Of a stretch of 42,749 nt of DNA, positions 1 through 8,187 are shown in pieces. A model generated the notes under the pieces. It had not been told where the DNA came from. It ran no database searches and saw only the letters and a program-made list of their open reading frames with translations. Position numbers and translations under genes: made by a program. The DNA comes from a virus: the IMG/VR virus record IMGVR_UViG_3300014208_000028, positions 157,123 through 199,871 of that record; one strand, written 5' to 3'. Each line of letters opens with the position of its first letter. Position 1 is the first letter of the stretch.

Positions 1-49
1 CCTTTAGCCCAAGGACAGTCAGCAGGACAACCGTTAGGCATGGCTCCTC

Positions 50-235
50 CTATCGTCCCGCCCGCTTGAGGGCAGCGCGGGCCGCAATCATGCCCGGAGT
101 GTCAATAATGCTACCTGCAAAATGGATGCTCGTCCGCTCCTGCTCGCGTAGATTCAATTCCAGCGCGTCGGCGAGGTCTTGCTTGATGCTCAGCAGCTTG
201 GCAACGTCAGATTGAGCCTGTTCAAGTTTCGTCAT
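50..235 (-). CDS. Small accessory protein, member of local paralog set ending LADALE...AALKRAGR
   Basis: AGGAGG RBS; C-terminus shared with 244..579, 981..1427 and 1446..1682. Confidence 0.75.
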   Translation of the reverse strand: MTKLEQAQSDVAKLLSIKQDLADALELNLREQERTSIHFAGSIIDTPGMIAARAALKRAGR

Positions 236-243
236 GGTTCCTC

Positions 244-579
244 CTACCTCCCCGCCCGCTTCAGGGCAGCGCGGGCGTTGACAACCAGATTGTGGTAAAC
301 GAATGTTTCCCCCAACTCATCGATTAGCTTCTCCAGCGCGTCGGCGAGGCCGTCAATGATTGGCTCAAAATGAGCCTTCATAGCATCCTCAGCCGCCCCG
401 GTTGCAGACCTTACAGCAGCCTCTTTTTCTGCCCTCAATCGCTCATAGTTGTTGCATGCCTCCACGATGAAGGCACAATTAGCCACTTGGTCACCATCGA
501 CCATGAAGGCTACCTGCTCATCCCCTGCGAATACTATCCTGTTGATGCCTTTGTACGGCCCCGGCGTGTGCTTGCTCAT
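244..579 (-). CDS. Phage accessory protein with N-terminal KHTPGP motif
   Basis: MSKHTPGPY start, AFIVEACNNYE block, AALKRAGR end; AAGGAG RBS. Confidence 0.8.
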   Translation of the reverse strand: MSKHTPGPYKGINRIVFAGDEQVAFMVDGDQVANCAFIVEACNNYERLRAEKEAAVRSATGAAEDAMKAHFEPIIDGLADALEKLIDELGETFVYHNLVVNARAALKRAGR

Positions 580-603
580 GTTCTCTCCTTTTCAGTTTGT
601 GGG

Positions 604-933
604 TTAGTCCCAGTAATAAAGGGCTTCACCTTTGCCCTCAAGCATGGCATCAATATTCGCAACCGCCTTGAGGTAAAGGGGTTTGATTTGCTTGCGGATG
701 ATCGTTTCTAGGTCGGCCCGTTCGGTGGCGTAAATAATGGTAGCCCAATCCTCGTTGGGTGCCAGATAAACAGTGTCCTTGCGGGGCATGTAGTTTTGAA
801 AGTGTAGATACCATGTGCCGACGGGGACGGGGTGTCCCTCGTCTTCCTCAACCCTCCCAATCCAGATATTGACAGGCACGTTTGCATGATCGCAGAAAAA
901 TCCCTTTCCCTCTCCATGCTCCTCAATAATCAT
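604..933 (-). CDS. Hypothetical protein
   Basis: 109-aa ORF with AAGGAGG RBS, co-oriented with neighbours. Confidence 0.75.
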   Translation of the reverse strand: MIIEEHGEGKGFFCDHANVPVNIWIGRVEEDEGHPVPVGTWYLHFQNYMPRKDTVYLAPNEDWATIIYATERADLETIIRKQIKPLYLKAVANIDAMLEGKGEALYYWD

Positions 934-980
934 GGTTCCTCCTTCTCGGTTTGGTTAAATCCTGCGCTCCCGTTCGTGGT

Positions 981-1427
981 CTATCTCCCCGCCCGCTTGA
1001 GGGCAGCTTTAATAAATCCCGTATCGATATGATCGCCATTCACGACAAACAAGTCGAGCATCTTTTCCGCCATTCCCAGCGCATCGGCTAGGTCGTCCCG
1101 CTGCTGCATGAGTGTCATAGAAGCCTCAGTCATATTTCTTTCAGACTCCTTTAAACCTTCATAGTTGTTGCAAGCCTCGACGATGAAGGCGGCATCTGCT
1201 TCCTGTACATGGATTCCGGGGGCCGATTCCTCATCGGAATTAAACCCAGTTTTACAAAATTCGGGGTCTATGGGCATACCTGCCCGCAGGTTCTTATAGG
1301 GGCCGTCTTTGCTCTGACCACAAACGATCCCCTGCCCATCGGGACCAACCAATAACTGCCATCCCCACCCACCCCTGTAGTCTTCTCCTTGCCATTTCCA
1401 CGGTATCGGCGTGTGCTTAGTTTCCAT
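981..1427 (-). CDS. Phage accessory protein with KHTPxPW motif
   Basis: KHTPIPW, AFIVEACNNYE, DLADALG and AALKRAGR blocks shared with paralogs. Confidence 0.8.
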   Translation of the reverse strand: METKHTPIPWKWQGEDYRGGWGWQLLVGPDGQGIVCGQSKDGPYKNLRAGMPIDPEFCKTGFNSDEESAPGIHVQEADAAFIVEACNNYEGLKESERNMTEASMTLMQQRDDLADALGMAEKMLDLFVVNGDHIDTGFIKAALKRAGR

Positions 1428-1445
1428 GATAGCCCCTTTCTAGTT

Positions 1446-1682
1446 TTAGCGTCCCTCTCGCTTGAGAGCAGCACGAATGTTTGCCAAACGATTTTCTACC
1501 TGAATATATCTTGCACTATCAGGTTCGCACATAATCAGAAATTCAGATAGAAATACCATTTCATCCCCCAACACGTTAGCAAGGTTATCACGCTGTCGCA
1601 TCATTAAAAGAGCTTCCATGTTAGGATCGCCAGACCTATAATCATCAAGTAATTTTTCGGTCAGGGTATCAGGGGTACTCAT
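1446..1682 (-). CDS. Small accessory protein (diverged AALKR-GR paralog)
   Basis: QRDNLANVLG...RAALKREGR; AAGGAGG RBS. Confidence 0.7.
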   Translation of the reverse strand: MSTPDTLTEKLLDDYRSGDPNMEALLMMRQRDNLANVLGDEMVFLSEFLIMCEPDSARYIQVENRLANIRAALKREGR

Positions 1683-1713
1683 CTTTCTCCTCCTTAAAGA
1701 GATTTTAAAAGTT

Positions 1714-1810
1714 TGTAGGATTAGGCTTCACTGAGGTTCTATTCCTCTGCCTCTCCCGCGATACGGAAGTTTTCACCTAAATTACCTCTCATGCATTTGA
1801 GTATCCTACA
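1714..1810 (-). ncRNA. Candidate structured RNA or 5' leader (multi-stem junction)
   Basis: 8-bp closing stem 1714-1721/1803-1810 enclosing several hairpins; starts 5 nt after the promoter motif. Confidence 0.5.
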
Positions 1811-1815
1811 TATAT

Positions 1816-1824
1816 TTTATAACA
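1816..1824 (-). promoter_or_regulatory. Recurrent phage promoter motif TGTTATAAA
   Basis: Copy of intergenic TG(T/G)TATA(T/A)A motif, just after a terminator. Confidence 0.6.
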
Positions 1825-1848
1825 AAAAATATAATTTATTTTCTAGCT

Positions 1849-1870
1849 AAAAAAAGAGCCTAAGCTCTTT
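1849..1870 (-). terminator. Intrinsic terminator overlapping RNA ligase stop codon
   Basis: AAAGAGC-TTAG-GCTCTTT hairpin running into a T tract on the minus strand. Confidence 0.55.
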
Positions 1871-2987
1871 CCAAATAATTATTACTAACTATTTTTAAAT
1901 TAGCCCGCCCAACATGAGGTACATATTTTTCTTTAATACTTTTAACAACTATTCCCTCTCTTATATTAGCTCCAAATTCACTATTACCTTCGGCCATAGT
2001 AATTAACCTATCATAATCATATTCAAATGTGCCGAATAGGGGAACAGTAGGAATATTATTACTAGTCATTAAGTGATAGCCTTCTTCAGCATCTAACCAT
2101 CTCCCGTCTCTCATAACATCAAAAACAGCCAAGCTAAATTCATCTTGTTTATGATCATATCTTAAATCCTGTATCCATCCATATATTTCTCCATATACAA
2201 CAGTATTAGGATTTTCTTTTAAGAATGCTTTAAGCGCCGGATATTGATGTAAGCATTTCCACCACACACAATCTTCAGAAGGTTTATCCTTTTTATATAA
2301 CCAAGGAATATGGCTATTATAACTAGGATCATCTTTAGACTTCTTCCAAGTAGTATGTGATCCACAATGATAGTCTTTACCATCATAAACAAACCTAGCA
2401 TTAGTACCGTGTATCTTTTCAGTTACCCATACTAATTCTCCCGGCTCAAATGTTTTAGTAGCATATTTTCTAAATGCATCTACATCATATTTAGGAACAG
2501 GGAAATTTAAGCTAGGCCCTTTAGCACACTGAGCTTTAAGCATTTTACCAGACATTCCTGGTCTATATCTTTTAGGCTCAGGAGGATTATAATGTGTTAC
2601 TCCTAATATACCTGCTACATTATCTCGTTCCTTACTACCTTTAGGAGCAGGAACTAAAAGCCCCATACTCCATTCCCCGCGCAAACGTCTAGCCTTAATA
2701 CGAACTAATGTGCCTTTAGGCTTGCCTGAAGGGAGTAAGAATTCGAATAAAGGGTTATTAGTATTAACCATAGAATCGGGAGGAATATAAGCGCCTAATT
2801 GTCCGTCAACCCAATCATCAGTTCTAACTACAGCCTGATAACCGTCAGCCATTACTATAGACAAACTATCAGCGTTAGAATGTTTAAGTAATTTAACTTT
2901 AATTACTTCTACAACATGAGTACTTTTAGTTTCTCTATTAAATAATTTATATAAATATATTTTTATAATATTATACAGTTTTCTCAT
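1860..2987 (-). CDS. RNA ligase, DRB0094/Rnl5 family
   Basis: N-terminal HSNADSL OB-type domain; motif I TEKIHGTN; YGEIYG, VFDV, EGIVVK, LKIVSNNYL. Confidence 0.9.
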   Translation of the reverse strand: MRKLYNIIKIYLYKLFNRETKSTHVVEVIKVKLLKHSNADSLSIVMADGYQAVVRTDDWVDGQLGAYIPPDSMVNTNNPLFEFLLPSGKPKGTLVRIKARRLRGEWSMGLLVPAPKGSKERDNVAGILGVTHYNPPEPKRYRPGMSGKMLKAQCAKGPSLNFPVPKYDVDAFRKYATKTFEPGELVWVTEKIHGTNARFVYDGKDYHCGSHTTWKKSKDDPSYNSHIPWLYKKDKPSEDCVWWKCLHQYPALKAFLKENPNTVVYGEIYGWIQDLRYDHKQDEFSLAVFDVMRDGRWLDAEEGYHLMTSNNIPTVPLFGTFEYDYDRLITMAEGNSEFGANIREGIVVKSIKEKYVPHVGRANLKIVSNNYLERA

Positions 2988-3156
2988 TTTTAACCTCGGA
3001 AATCTTAGTAAATATCATAGTCTCTCTATACGCATGTAATAAATTATGCCATAGCATGTAACTATGAATATCTATTTGTTTAAGTCTAGATCTTATGAAC
3101 TCTCTTCTAACCGCCAAATACATTCTAGCTTCATCTGAAGAATTAAATTTAAACAT
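2971..3156 (-). CDS. Hypothetical protein
   Basis: Short ORF tightly packed in operon. Confidence 0.55.
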   Translation of the reverse strand: MFKFNSSDEARMYLAVRREFIRSRLKQIDIHSYMLWHNLLHAYRETMIFTKISEVKNEKTV

Positions 3157-3157
3157 A

Positions 3158-3631
3158 TTAACAACTCGGCATTTTAGATGGGTCCATATCGCCTAAAAGT
3201 CTATCAAACTCTTTTTCTAATTCTTGCTCTTTAGAAGTCTTATCTTTCTTATTAGCTAAATAGGCGCTGGCTTTAGTAGCTAATAGAATACTAGAGATGC
3301 CCATAGCAGTAGCTACAGCTTCGGTAATAGTAGCAATACTATCTCCCTCTTTCATTAAATTATCTATTTTTTCAAATATAGATAAACAGGCGTCTATATC
3401 TATTTCTCTCATAGAATCTACTAAAGCTGTCCATAAAGGAATTAATAATTCAGTACTTCCCCGCCGAAATAAATAGGCCTGTACATTAATATTATCAGTA
3501 CTAGCTGGAAGTAATGCCATTATAGAAGCAGGAACTTCAACAAACTCATCAGTAATAGTTGTACGATAAAAAGTCTTTTCTTTAGTTAATATAACTAAAG
3601 CATCTTCAATCTTAATATCAGAGATATTCAT
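3158..3631 (-). CDS. Hypothetical protein
   Basis: 157-aa ORF with AAGGA RBS. Confidence 0.75.
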   Translation of the reverse strand: MNISDIKIEDALVILTKEKTFYRTTITDEFVEVPASIMALLPASTDNINVQAYLFRRGSTELLIPLWTALVDSMREIDIDACLSIFEKIDNLMKEGDSIATITEAVATAMGISSILLATKASAYLANKKDKTSKEQELEKEFDRLLGDMDPSKMPSC

Positions 3632-3646
3632 AATAATCCTTTCTTT

Positions 3647-3680
3647 AAAAAATAGAGGGAAGAGTATTCTTCCCCCTATT
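3647..3680 (-). terminator. Intrinsic terminator
   Basis: 13-bp stem AATAGGGGGAAGA/TCTTCCCTCTATT plus T run. Confidence 0.75.
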
Positions 3681-3697
3681 TATTCAGTTATAACTTA

Positions 3698-4537
3698 CTA
3701 CTTAATTTTAGCTTTAGGAATTAGAATGTTTCTAATATCCTGAATGCTCAACTTGCCTAAATCCTTAACCACTTCCGACTTAGAATAAGAAAATACCTGA
3801 GAGACGAAAGACAATAAATTATCTACCGTACAAGATTTTCTAACATTATAAGTATAGAACTCAATAGCTTCAGAAGCATCCCCTTTAGTAGGAAGATTAC
3901 CAAAATCATATTTAGCATTAAGGTCGTCTAAATTAACATTCTCATGCGTAAAAGGACCATTAGCATTATTAAACCCAATAGCCCAAGCCATTGCTACACT
4001 ATGATTCTGATCGGTAATACGATCATCAATGCGCTGCAACATATTTAAAATAGTTTTAATACAAGGGTCCGGATCGGACTCAGTTTTATTATCTACTTTA
4101 GGAGTCTCTTTAGTCTCGGCTTCAACAGCAGCGGTCTTAGGCTTACGCCCACGCTTCGTAGCAGGAACGGCTGTAGGAGCAGGAGTAGACTTAACCTCTT
4201 CCTCAACTTCAACAACCTTTTCACACTTCTCTACAACCTTTCCATTCTTCCAATTATCAAACTGAGTTACGAAAAAATTAACGACATACTTCATCGAGTT
4301 TACAACAGAATAGCCTTTACCGTCAGGAGGGACTAAACCATATTTCATTCCATAAGCAACAGCATCATCTACCGAATCAGGCAATGCTTTCTTAACTATA
4401 TCCTTAAACTCTTCTAAAGATAATTCCTTCTTAGCCTTCAAACGTACAACAATAGTTGGAGTACCAGTCTCATCAAACTGCTTACTCAACGCCTTCTCAA
4501 TCTGCTTCTTCGTTTCATCACTTAAACCTCTGCCCAT
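3698..4537 (-). CDS. Putative DNA-binding protein with AT-hook-like KRGRKPK
   Basis: Own promoter motif and terminator; Pro/Ala/Thr linker with KRGRKPK. Confidence 0.6.
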   Translation of the reverse strand: MGRGLSDETKKQIEKALSKQFDETGTPTIVVRLKAKKELSLEEFKDIVKKALPDSVDDAVAYGMKYGLVPPDGKGYSVVNSMKYVVNFFVTQFDNWKNGKVVEKCEKVVEVEEEVKSTPAPTAVPATKRGRKPKTAAVEAETKETPKVDNKTESDPDPCIKTILNMLQRIDDRITDQNHSVAMAWAIGFNNANGPFTHENVNLDDLNAKYDFGNLPTKGDASEAIEFYTYNVRKSCTVDNLLSFVSQVFSYSKSEVVKDLGKLSIQDIRNILIPKAKIK

Positions 4538-4573
4538 TTATATATCTCCTTTTTGATATTGTTTCGCACATAC

Positions 4574-4582
4574 TATATAACA
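4574..4582 (-). promoter_or_regulatory. Recurrent phage promoter motif TGTTATATA
   Basis: Intergenic copy upstream of the RBS of 3698..4537. Confidence 0.6.
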
Positions 4583-4597
4583 ATAAATACTTAAAAT

Positions 4598-4987
4598 TTA
4601 CAGATACTTATAATAGCTTATAATTGCATCTATATTATCTAATTCGGCTTCCCTTATTTTAATTTGATCTATAATTAAGTTTAGATGTTCATCTCTACTT
4701 AATATTATAGGTTTTTTACATTCTGCTATCTCTTCTATAATCGGCGCGGATATTTTATTAGCAAATCTTTCTTTATTATCTATATAGAAGCACTCTATTA
4801 TTCTAGCCACATTACATGCATGACAATCTAATTCACAATTAGCTTGCAGTTTTAATTGTAAATAATTAGCATTTACAAATCTTTTTAACTCTTCGCGCTC
4901 AGATGTAAGTAGTGTACTTAGTTTTTTCTGTATTAATTCTGAAGTATTCATCGGAACATTTTTCAGATTAATATTTTCATCTGCCAT
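4598..4987 (-). CDS. Hypothetical protein with Cys cluster
   Basis: CELDCHAC...C; AAGGA RBS. Confidence 0.7.
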   Translation of the reverse strand: MADENINLKNVPMNTSELIQKKLSTLLTSEREELKRFVNANYLQLKLQANCELDCHACNVARIIECFYIDNKERFANKISAPIIEEIAECKKPIILSRDEHLNLIIDQIKIREAELDNIDAIISYYKYL

Positions 4988-5525
4988 TATTAGCTTCCTT
5001 ACTATTATCTCGTTTAGAATTTAAATAATGAATTCTAGAATAGTATCCTTGTCTCATGGATAATATATTTGTAGGCACTGTGTTCTTTGTCTTCCAAGCT
5101 CGTCTATCTCTATGAAGATAATTACAAGAATCATATTCTAATATCTCATAAGCCTGGTCGCGTTTTATTATTAAATAAGGATATAAAGCTTTCACTACTG
5201 CTACCGCTCTATCTCCAGTTATTTCTAAAGAATATTCTTTTTTATGATTACTTTTTCTAGGTCTATTATTACTTACAATTCGGCCCCCCAAAACTAATTG
5301 AAGGCGCTCAATTAAAGAATAGAAAGTATTACATACTCTAACGCGGGGATTAAGAGAAAATGAAGGGAGTTCTTCATAATAGTCAGCAGCTAGATAAGCT
5401 TTACTATATTTTTTATCGAAATCTATCGTACCTTCTCCATCTACAATTCCAGCTATATAAGATAACATATTTGCATTTACGTGATTATAATCATACTTAC
5501 TTAAGGTATCCTTCACTATTATCAA
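4977..5525 (-). CDS. LAGLIDADG homing endonuclease (single motif; real start may be MLSYIAG)
   Basis: LSYIAGIVDGEGTI motif; PYLIIKRDQA C-terminal block. Confidence 0.9.
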   Translation of the reverse strand: MIIVKDTLSKYDYNHVNANMLSYIAGIVDGEGTIDFDKKYSKAYLAADYYEELPSFSLNPRVRVCNTFYSLIERLQLVLGGRIVSNNRPRKSNHKKEYSLEITGDRAVAVVKALYPYLIIKRDQAYEILEYDSCNYLHRDRRAWKTKNTVPTNILSMRQGYYSRIHYLNSKRDNSKEANNGR

Positions 5526-5922
5526 TTACCTCCAATGTTATTTCTACACGCTCATCATTACTTTCTTTTTTCATCACACTTATATTAAATATATTCCTAT
5601 CATCTACTCCAATAGATTTAAATACTACATCATGTAATAATTTAATTCTATTATCCACATCTATTTGTTTATAGTATCCTTTAGCAGTCGGGCCGTTACG
5701 AAGAGTTTTAAAATATATAATAGAACTTACTTTAAACATAGTTTTATCATCTACCTTAAACTCAGACATCTGTTCAAAGTATTCTCTACCTATTAAATCT
5801 TTAATATCTCCAGCATACTTTTTACCTATTTTATTTAAAGCGCGGCCACCAGTAGGAAGATTAAAATATAAATGATTGGTACTCGGAGGTACTCCATTTA
5901 TAGTAAAAGTAATATTATTCAT
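5497..5922 (-). CDS. rusA: RusA family Holliday junction resolvase
   Basis: PPSTN; DVDNRIK...D...DDRNI catalytic pattern. Confidence 0.85.
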   Translation of the reverse strand: MNNITFTINGVPPSTNHLYFNLPTGGRALNKIGKKYAGDIKDLIGREYFEQMSEFKVDDKTMFKVSSIIYFKTLRNGPTAKGYYKQIDVDNRIKLLHDVVFKSIGVDDRNIFNISVMKKESNDERVEITLEVIDNSEGYLK

Positions 5923-6202
5923 TACCTAAAACAGTTTTAATTTTTTTAATATCTATTTTAATTGTCTCACACACATCAGAACAATCCATAAGTTTCAAAA
6001 GAAGATTCCCCGTTTTAATAACCTCCTCTATAAGTTCGCCTTTCTCTTCTATAACGGTCGCTCCTCTTAAACAATTACTATCTAAATTAGACAATTCTTT
6101 TTCAATAAAAATTAAATCTCCATGTAAACTATTAATAAGAGATTCAAAAGAGGAACTTTTATCTTTTACTGCATTTACAGTTTTCATATTTTCAATAATC
6201 AT
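5915..6202 (-). CDS. Hypothetical coiled-coil protein
   Basis: 95-aa ORF with AGGAG RBS. Confidence 0.65.
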   Translation of the reverse strand: MIIENMKTVNAVKDKSSSFESLINSLHGDLIFIEKELSNLDSNCLRGATVIEEKGELIEEVIKTGNLLLKLMDCSDVCETIKIDIKKIKTVLGNE

Positions 6203-6212
6203 TATTTCTCCT

Positions 6213-6758
6213 TTAAAATTTTCTACTATTCCCAGAAAATGCGTCTTGAGAACGCCTAGTTATTTCTCTAGATATAACCTTTAAATTCATTTCAAAACTA
6301 TCGTGTTTACCTTTTAACATATCATAAACACTTTTTCTTATTTTATAATCAGCATCTGCCCGCATAAAACGAGAATCCGTAAGCACTCTATCATCTTTAT
6401 CGGCTTTGGTTTTTTTCTCAGATACATCTTCCAATCTAACCGCCGCCCATAAAGCATCTTTTAAAGACTCACAAATACTCATTTCTAAATCGGCTAAAGT
6501 AAGCTGAGAAGTTATATATGAGAAATAAGAATTACACATAGAATATATAATTCCTATTTGCTTAGAACTTAATATCGTTAAATCTTCAGGTATCATAGGT
6601 TCCATATCCTCATTTAAATCTATCCCATCTACTTTAGTAAATACGGGTTTCGCTACTAAATTAATTCCTTTCTTTTTTAATAGCGCTTCTACTTGTGCTG
6701 TTACATCATAAGTACTTATTATTTCTCTAACTTTTGGGTTTTCTGAAAAGTCTACCAC
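6213..6758 (-). CDS. Putative UvsY-like recombination mediator
   Basis: Helical protein with KT..dkd..v..D..f pattern ending ISREITRR; located in RecA operon. Confidence 0.5.
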   Translation of the reverse strand: MVDFSENPKVREIISTYDVTAQVEALLKKKGINLVAKPVFTKVDGIDLNEDMEPMIPEDLTILSSKQIGIIYSMCNSYFSYITSQLTLADLEMSICESLKDALWAAVRLEDVSEKKTKADKDDRVLTDSRFMRADADYKIRKSVYDMLKGKHDSFEMNLKVISREITRRSQDAFSGNSRKF

Positions 6759-7674
6759 TCTTATCTACCTCCAAATCTATATTCTCAATTTGGTCATTAT
6801 GACACTTATCCCAATAATTACAATATTTTTTATTACATAAATAGCTTGTACTGTTTCTAGGAAATAGATTAGCATTAATGCTTTTATCCATTTCTTGAAG
6901 CATAGATACAAATCTTTTTATTTCTTCCAATCCAATTTTAAACGTATCAACAATTACTATCTTAGGTGTTTTAGTTTTTATCAGAAAATCTAGTCGGGCC
7001 TTAAAAAAGGGCATTTTATTTAAAGCATTTATTTCTACTTCAGATAAGTCATGCCTCATTTGTTTAAGCTTTAATAACGCATAAGAGTATCCACACAACT
7101 GCCTATGATAAGGGCCTAATTTAGCCTCTGTGGGCGATTTAGAGGCAGTTTTGAAGTCTATCAGTAATAGTTTATTATCTACTAAATCTATATAACCTTG
7201 TAAAGGTTTACTGACACCCGGAACAGGCACTTCAAACTTATGCTCTACTCTAGAAGGTATTATAGTTTTAGTATAGCCATCATTCATATAAGTACGTAAT
7301 AAAGCTACACCTTTATCTCTTTCTGATACAAAACTAATTTTATCTTTATCTGTTTTATCTCTATTCTCTTCATCCCAATTTATTTTATCTTTACTAGGTT
7401 CATAACTTTCTACAAACTTATCAGACACTTCATTAGCCGATAAATCGGCCCACGAAAATGTCTTCTGATGAAAGTTATGTTCCAGTCCTCTATGAACTGA
7501 ATTTCCAAACTCTAAACTAGCACTAGTTGGAGATGGAATTCGTTCTATATATCTATATTTATATTTAGCAGGACAAGATATATAACAGTCTAATTGAGAT
7601 ATAGAATAGATTTTGGGCGGATTGAAAGTAGTAGGACTACTATTTTCCTCCACCACTTTGATTTCTAAGGGCAT
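6727..7674 (-). CDS. PD-(D/E)XK exonuclease, Cas4/RecB-like with probable Fe-S cluster
   Basis: SISQL..Y.SCP, GNSVH, GYIDL, IDFKT, QLCGY, C-terminal CNKKYCNYWDKC. Confidence 0.88.
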   Translation of the reverse strand: MPLEIKVVEENSSPTTFNPPKIYSISQLDCYISCPAKYKYRYIERIPSPTSASLEFGNSVHRGLEHNFHQKTFSWADLSANEVSDKFVESYEPSKDKINWDEENRDKTDKDKISFVSERDKGVALLRTYMNDGYTKTIIPSRVEHKFEVPVPGVSKPLQGYIDLVDNKLLLIDFKTASKSPTEAKLGPYHRQLCGYSYALLKLKQMRHDLSEVEINALNKMPFFKARLDFLIKTKTPKIVIVDTFKIGLEEIKRFVSMLQEMDKSINANLFPRNSTSYLCNKKYCNYWDKCHNDQIENIDLEVDKSGRLFRKPKS

Positions 7675-7987
7675 TCATTAACTCCGTATAAACAAAATTT
7701 GGAAGTATTATATATGTCTCGCCTACACTTTCAAAATCCAATCGTAGTACAGGCATGTTGTCTATACTTAAAGCCTGGTTAGTTATTTCTAATAAATCTT
7801 TCAATTTTAAACTATAACTTTTTTTACCAGTAGCTTTATTCTGTATTAATACTCCTCTATAACTTCCAATAGATTCACTTATCTTTATATCCCCTTTAGT
7901 ATGCCAAGAAGCTCCAGAATTAGGAGTTAACTTTCCTCCTAATTCCTTAGCCCCCCGCTTTTCACTAGCTATTCCCTTTTTATTCAT
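7640..7987 (-). CDS. Hjc-like Holliday junction resolvase/endonuclease
   Basis: EKR.AKELGG...SGA...KGD...IQNK. Confidence 0.7.
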   Translation of the reverse strand: MNKKGIASEKRGAKELGGKLTPNSGASWHTKGDIKISESIGSYRGVLIQNKATGKKSYSLKLKDLLEITNQALSIDNMPVLRLDFESVGETYIILPNFVYTELMNALRNQSGGGK

Positions 7988-8187
7988 TTAACTTCTTTTT
8001 TACTATCTAGCAGAGATTTAGTTATATTTAAATATCTACTTATTTTATAGAACGTATCATTTAATTCTTTATCTTCTTCATAAGATAATATCAGTCCTTC
8101 ATTTAATAGTTCTTTATTTATTCGATCTAAAATCTCATCTATAGTAAATGTATAATCTTTAATTAAAGAAAAACTATTATTCGTCAT
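7984..8187 (-). CDS. Hypothetical protein
   Basis: Short ORF overlapping both neighbours. Confidence 0.55.
   Translation of the reverse strand: MTNNSFSLIKDYTFTIDEILDRINKELLNEGLILSYEEDKELNDTFYKISRYLNITKSLLDSKKEVK

Noticed and set aside
1714-1810. Hammerhead ribozyme or glycine riboswitch
   Set aside because: No CUGANGA core; resemblance to glycine aptamer motifs is only superficial.
6727-7674. CRISPR-Cas adaptation module
   Set aside because: Solo Cas4-like nuclease in a recombination operon; no cas1/cas2 or array seen.
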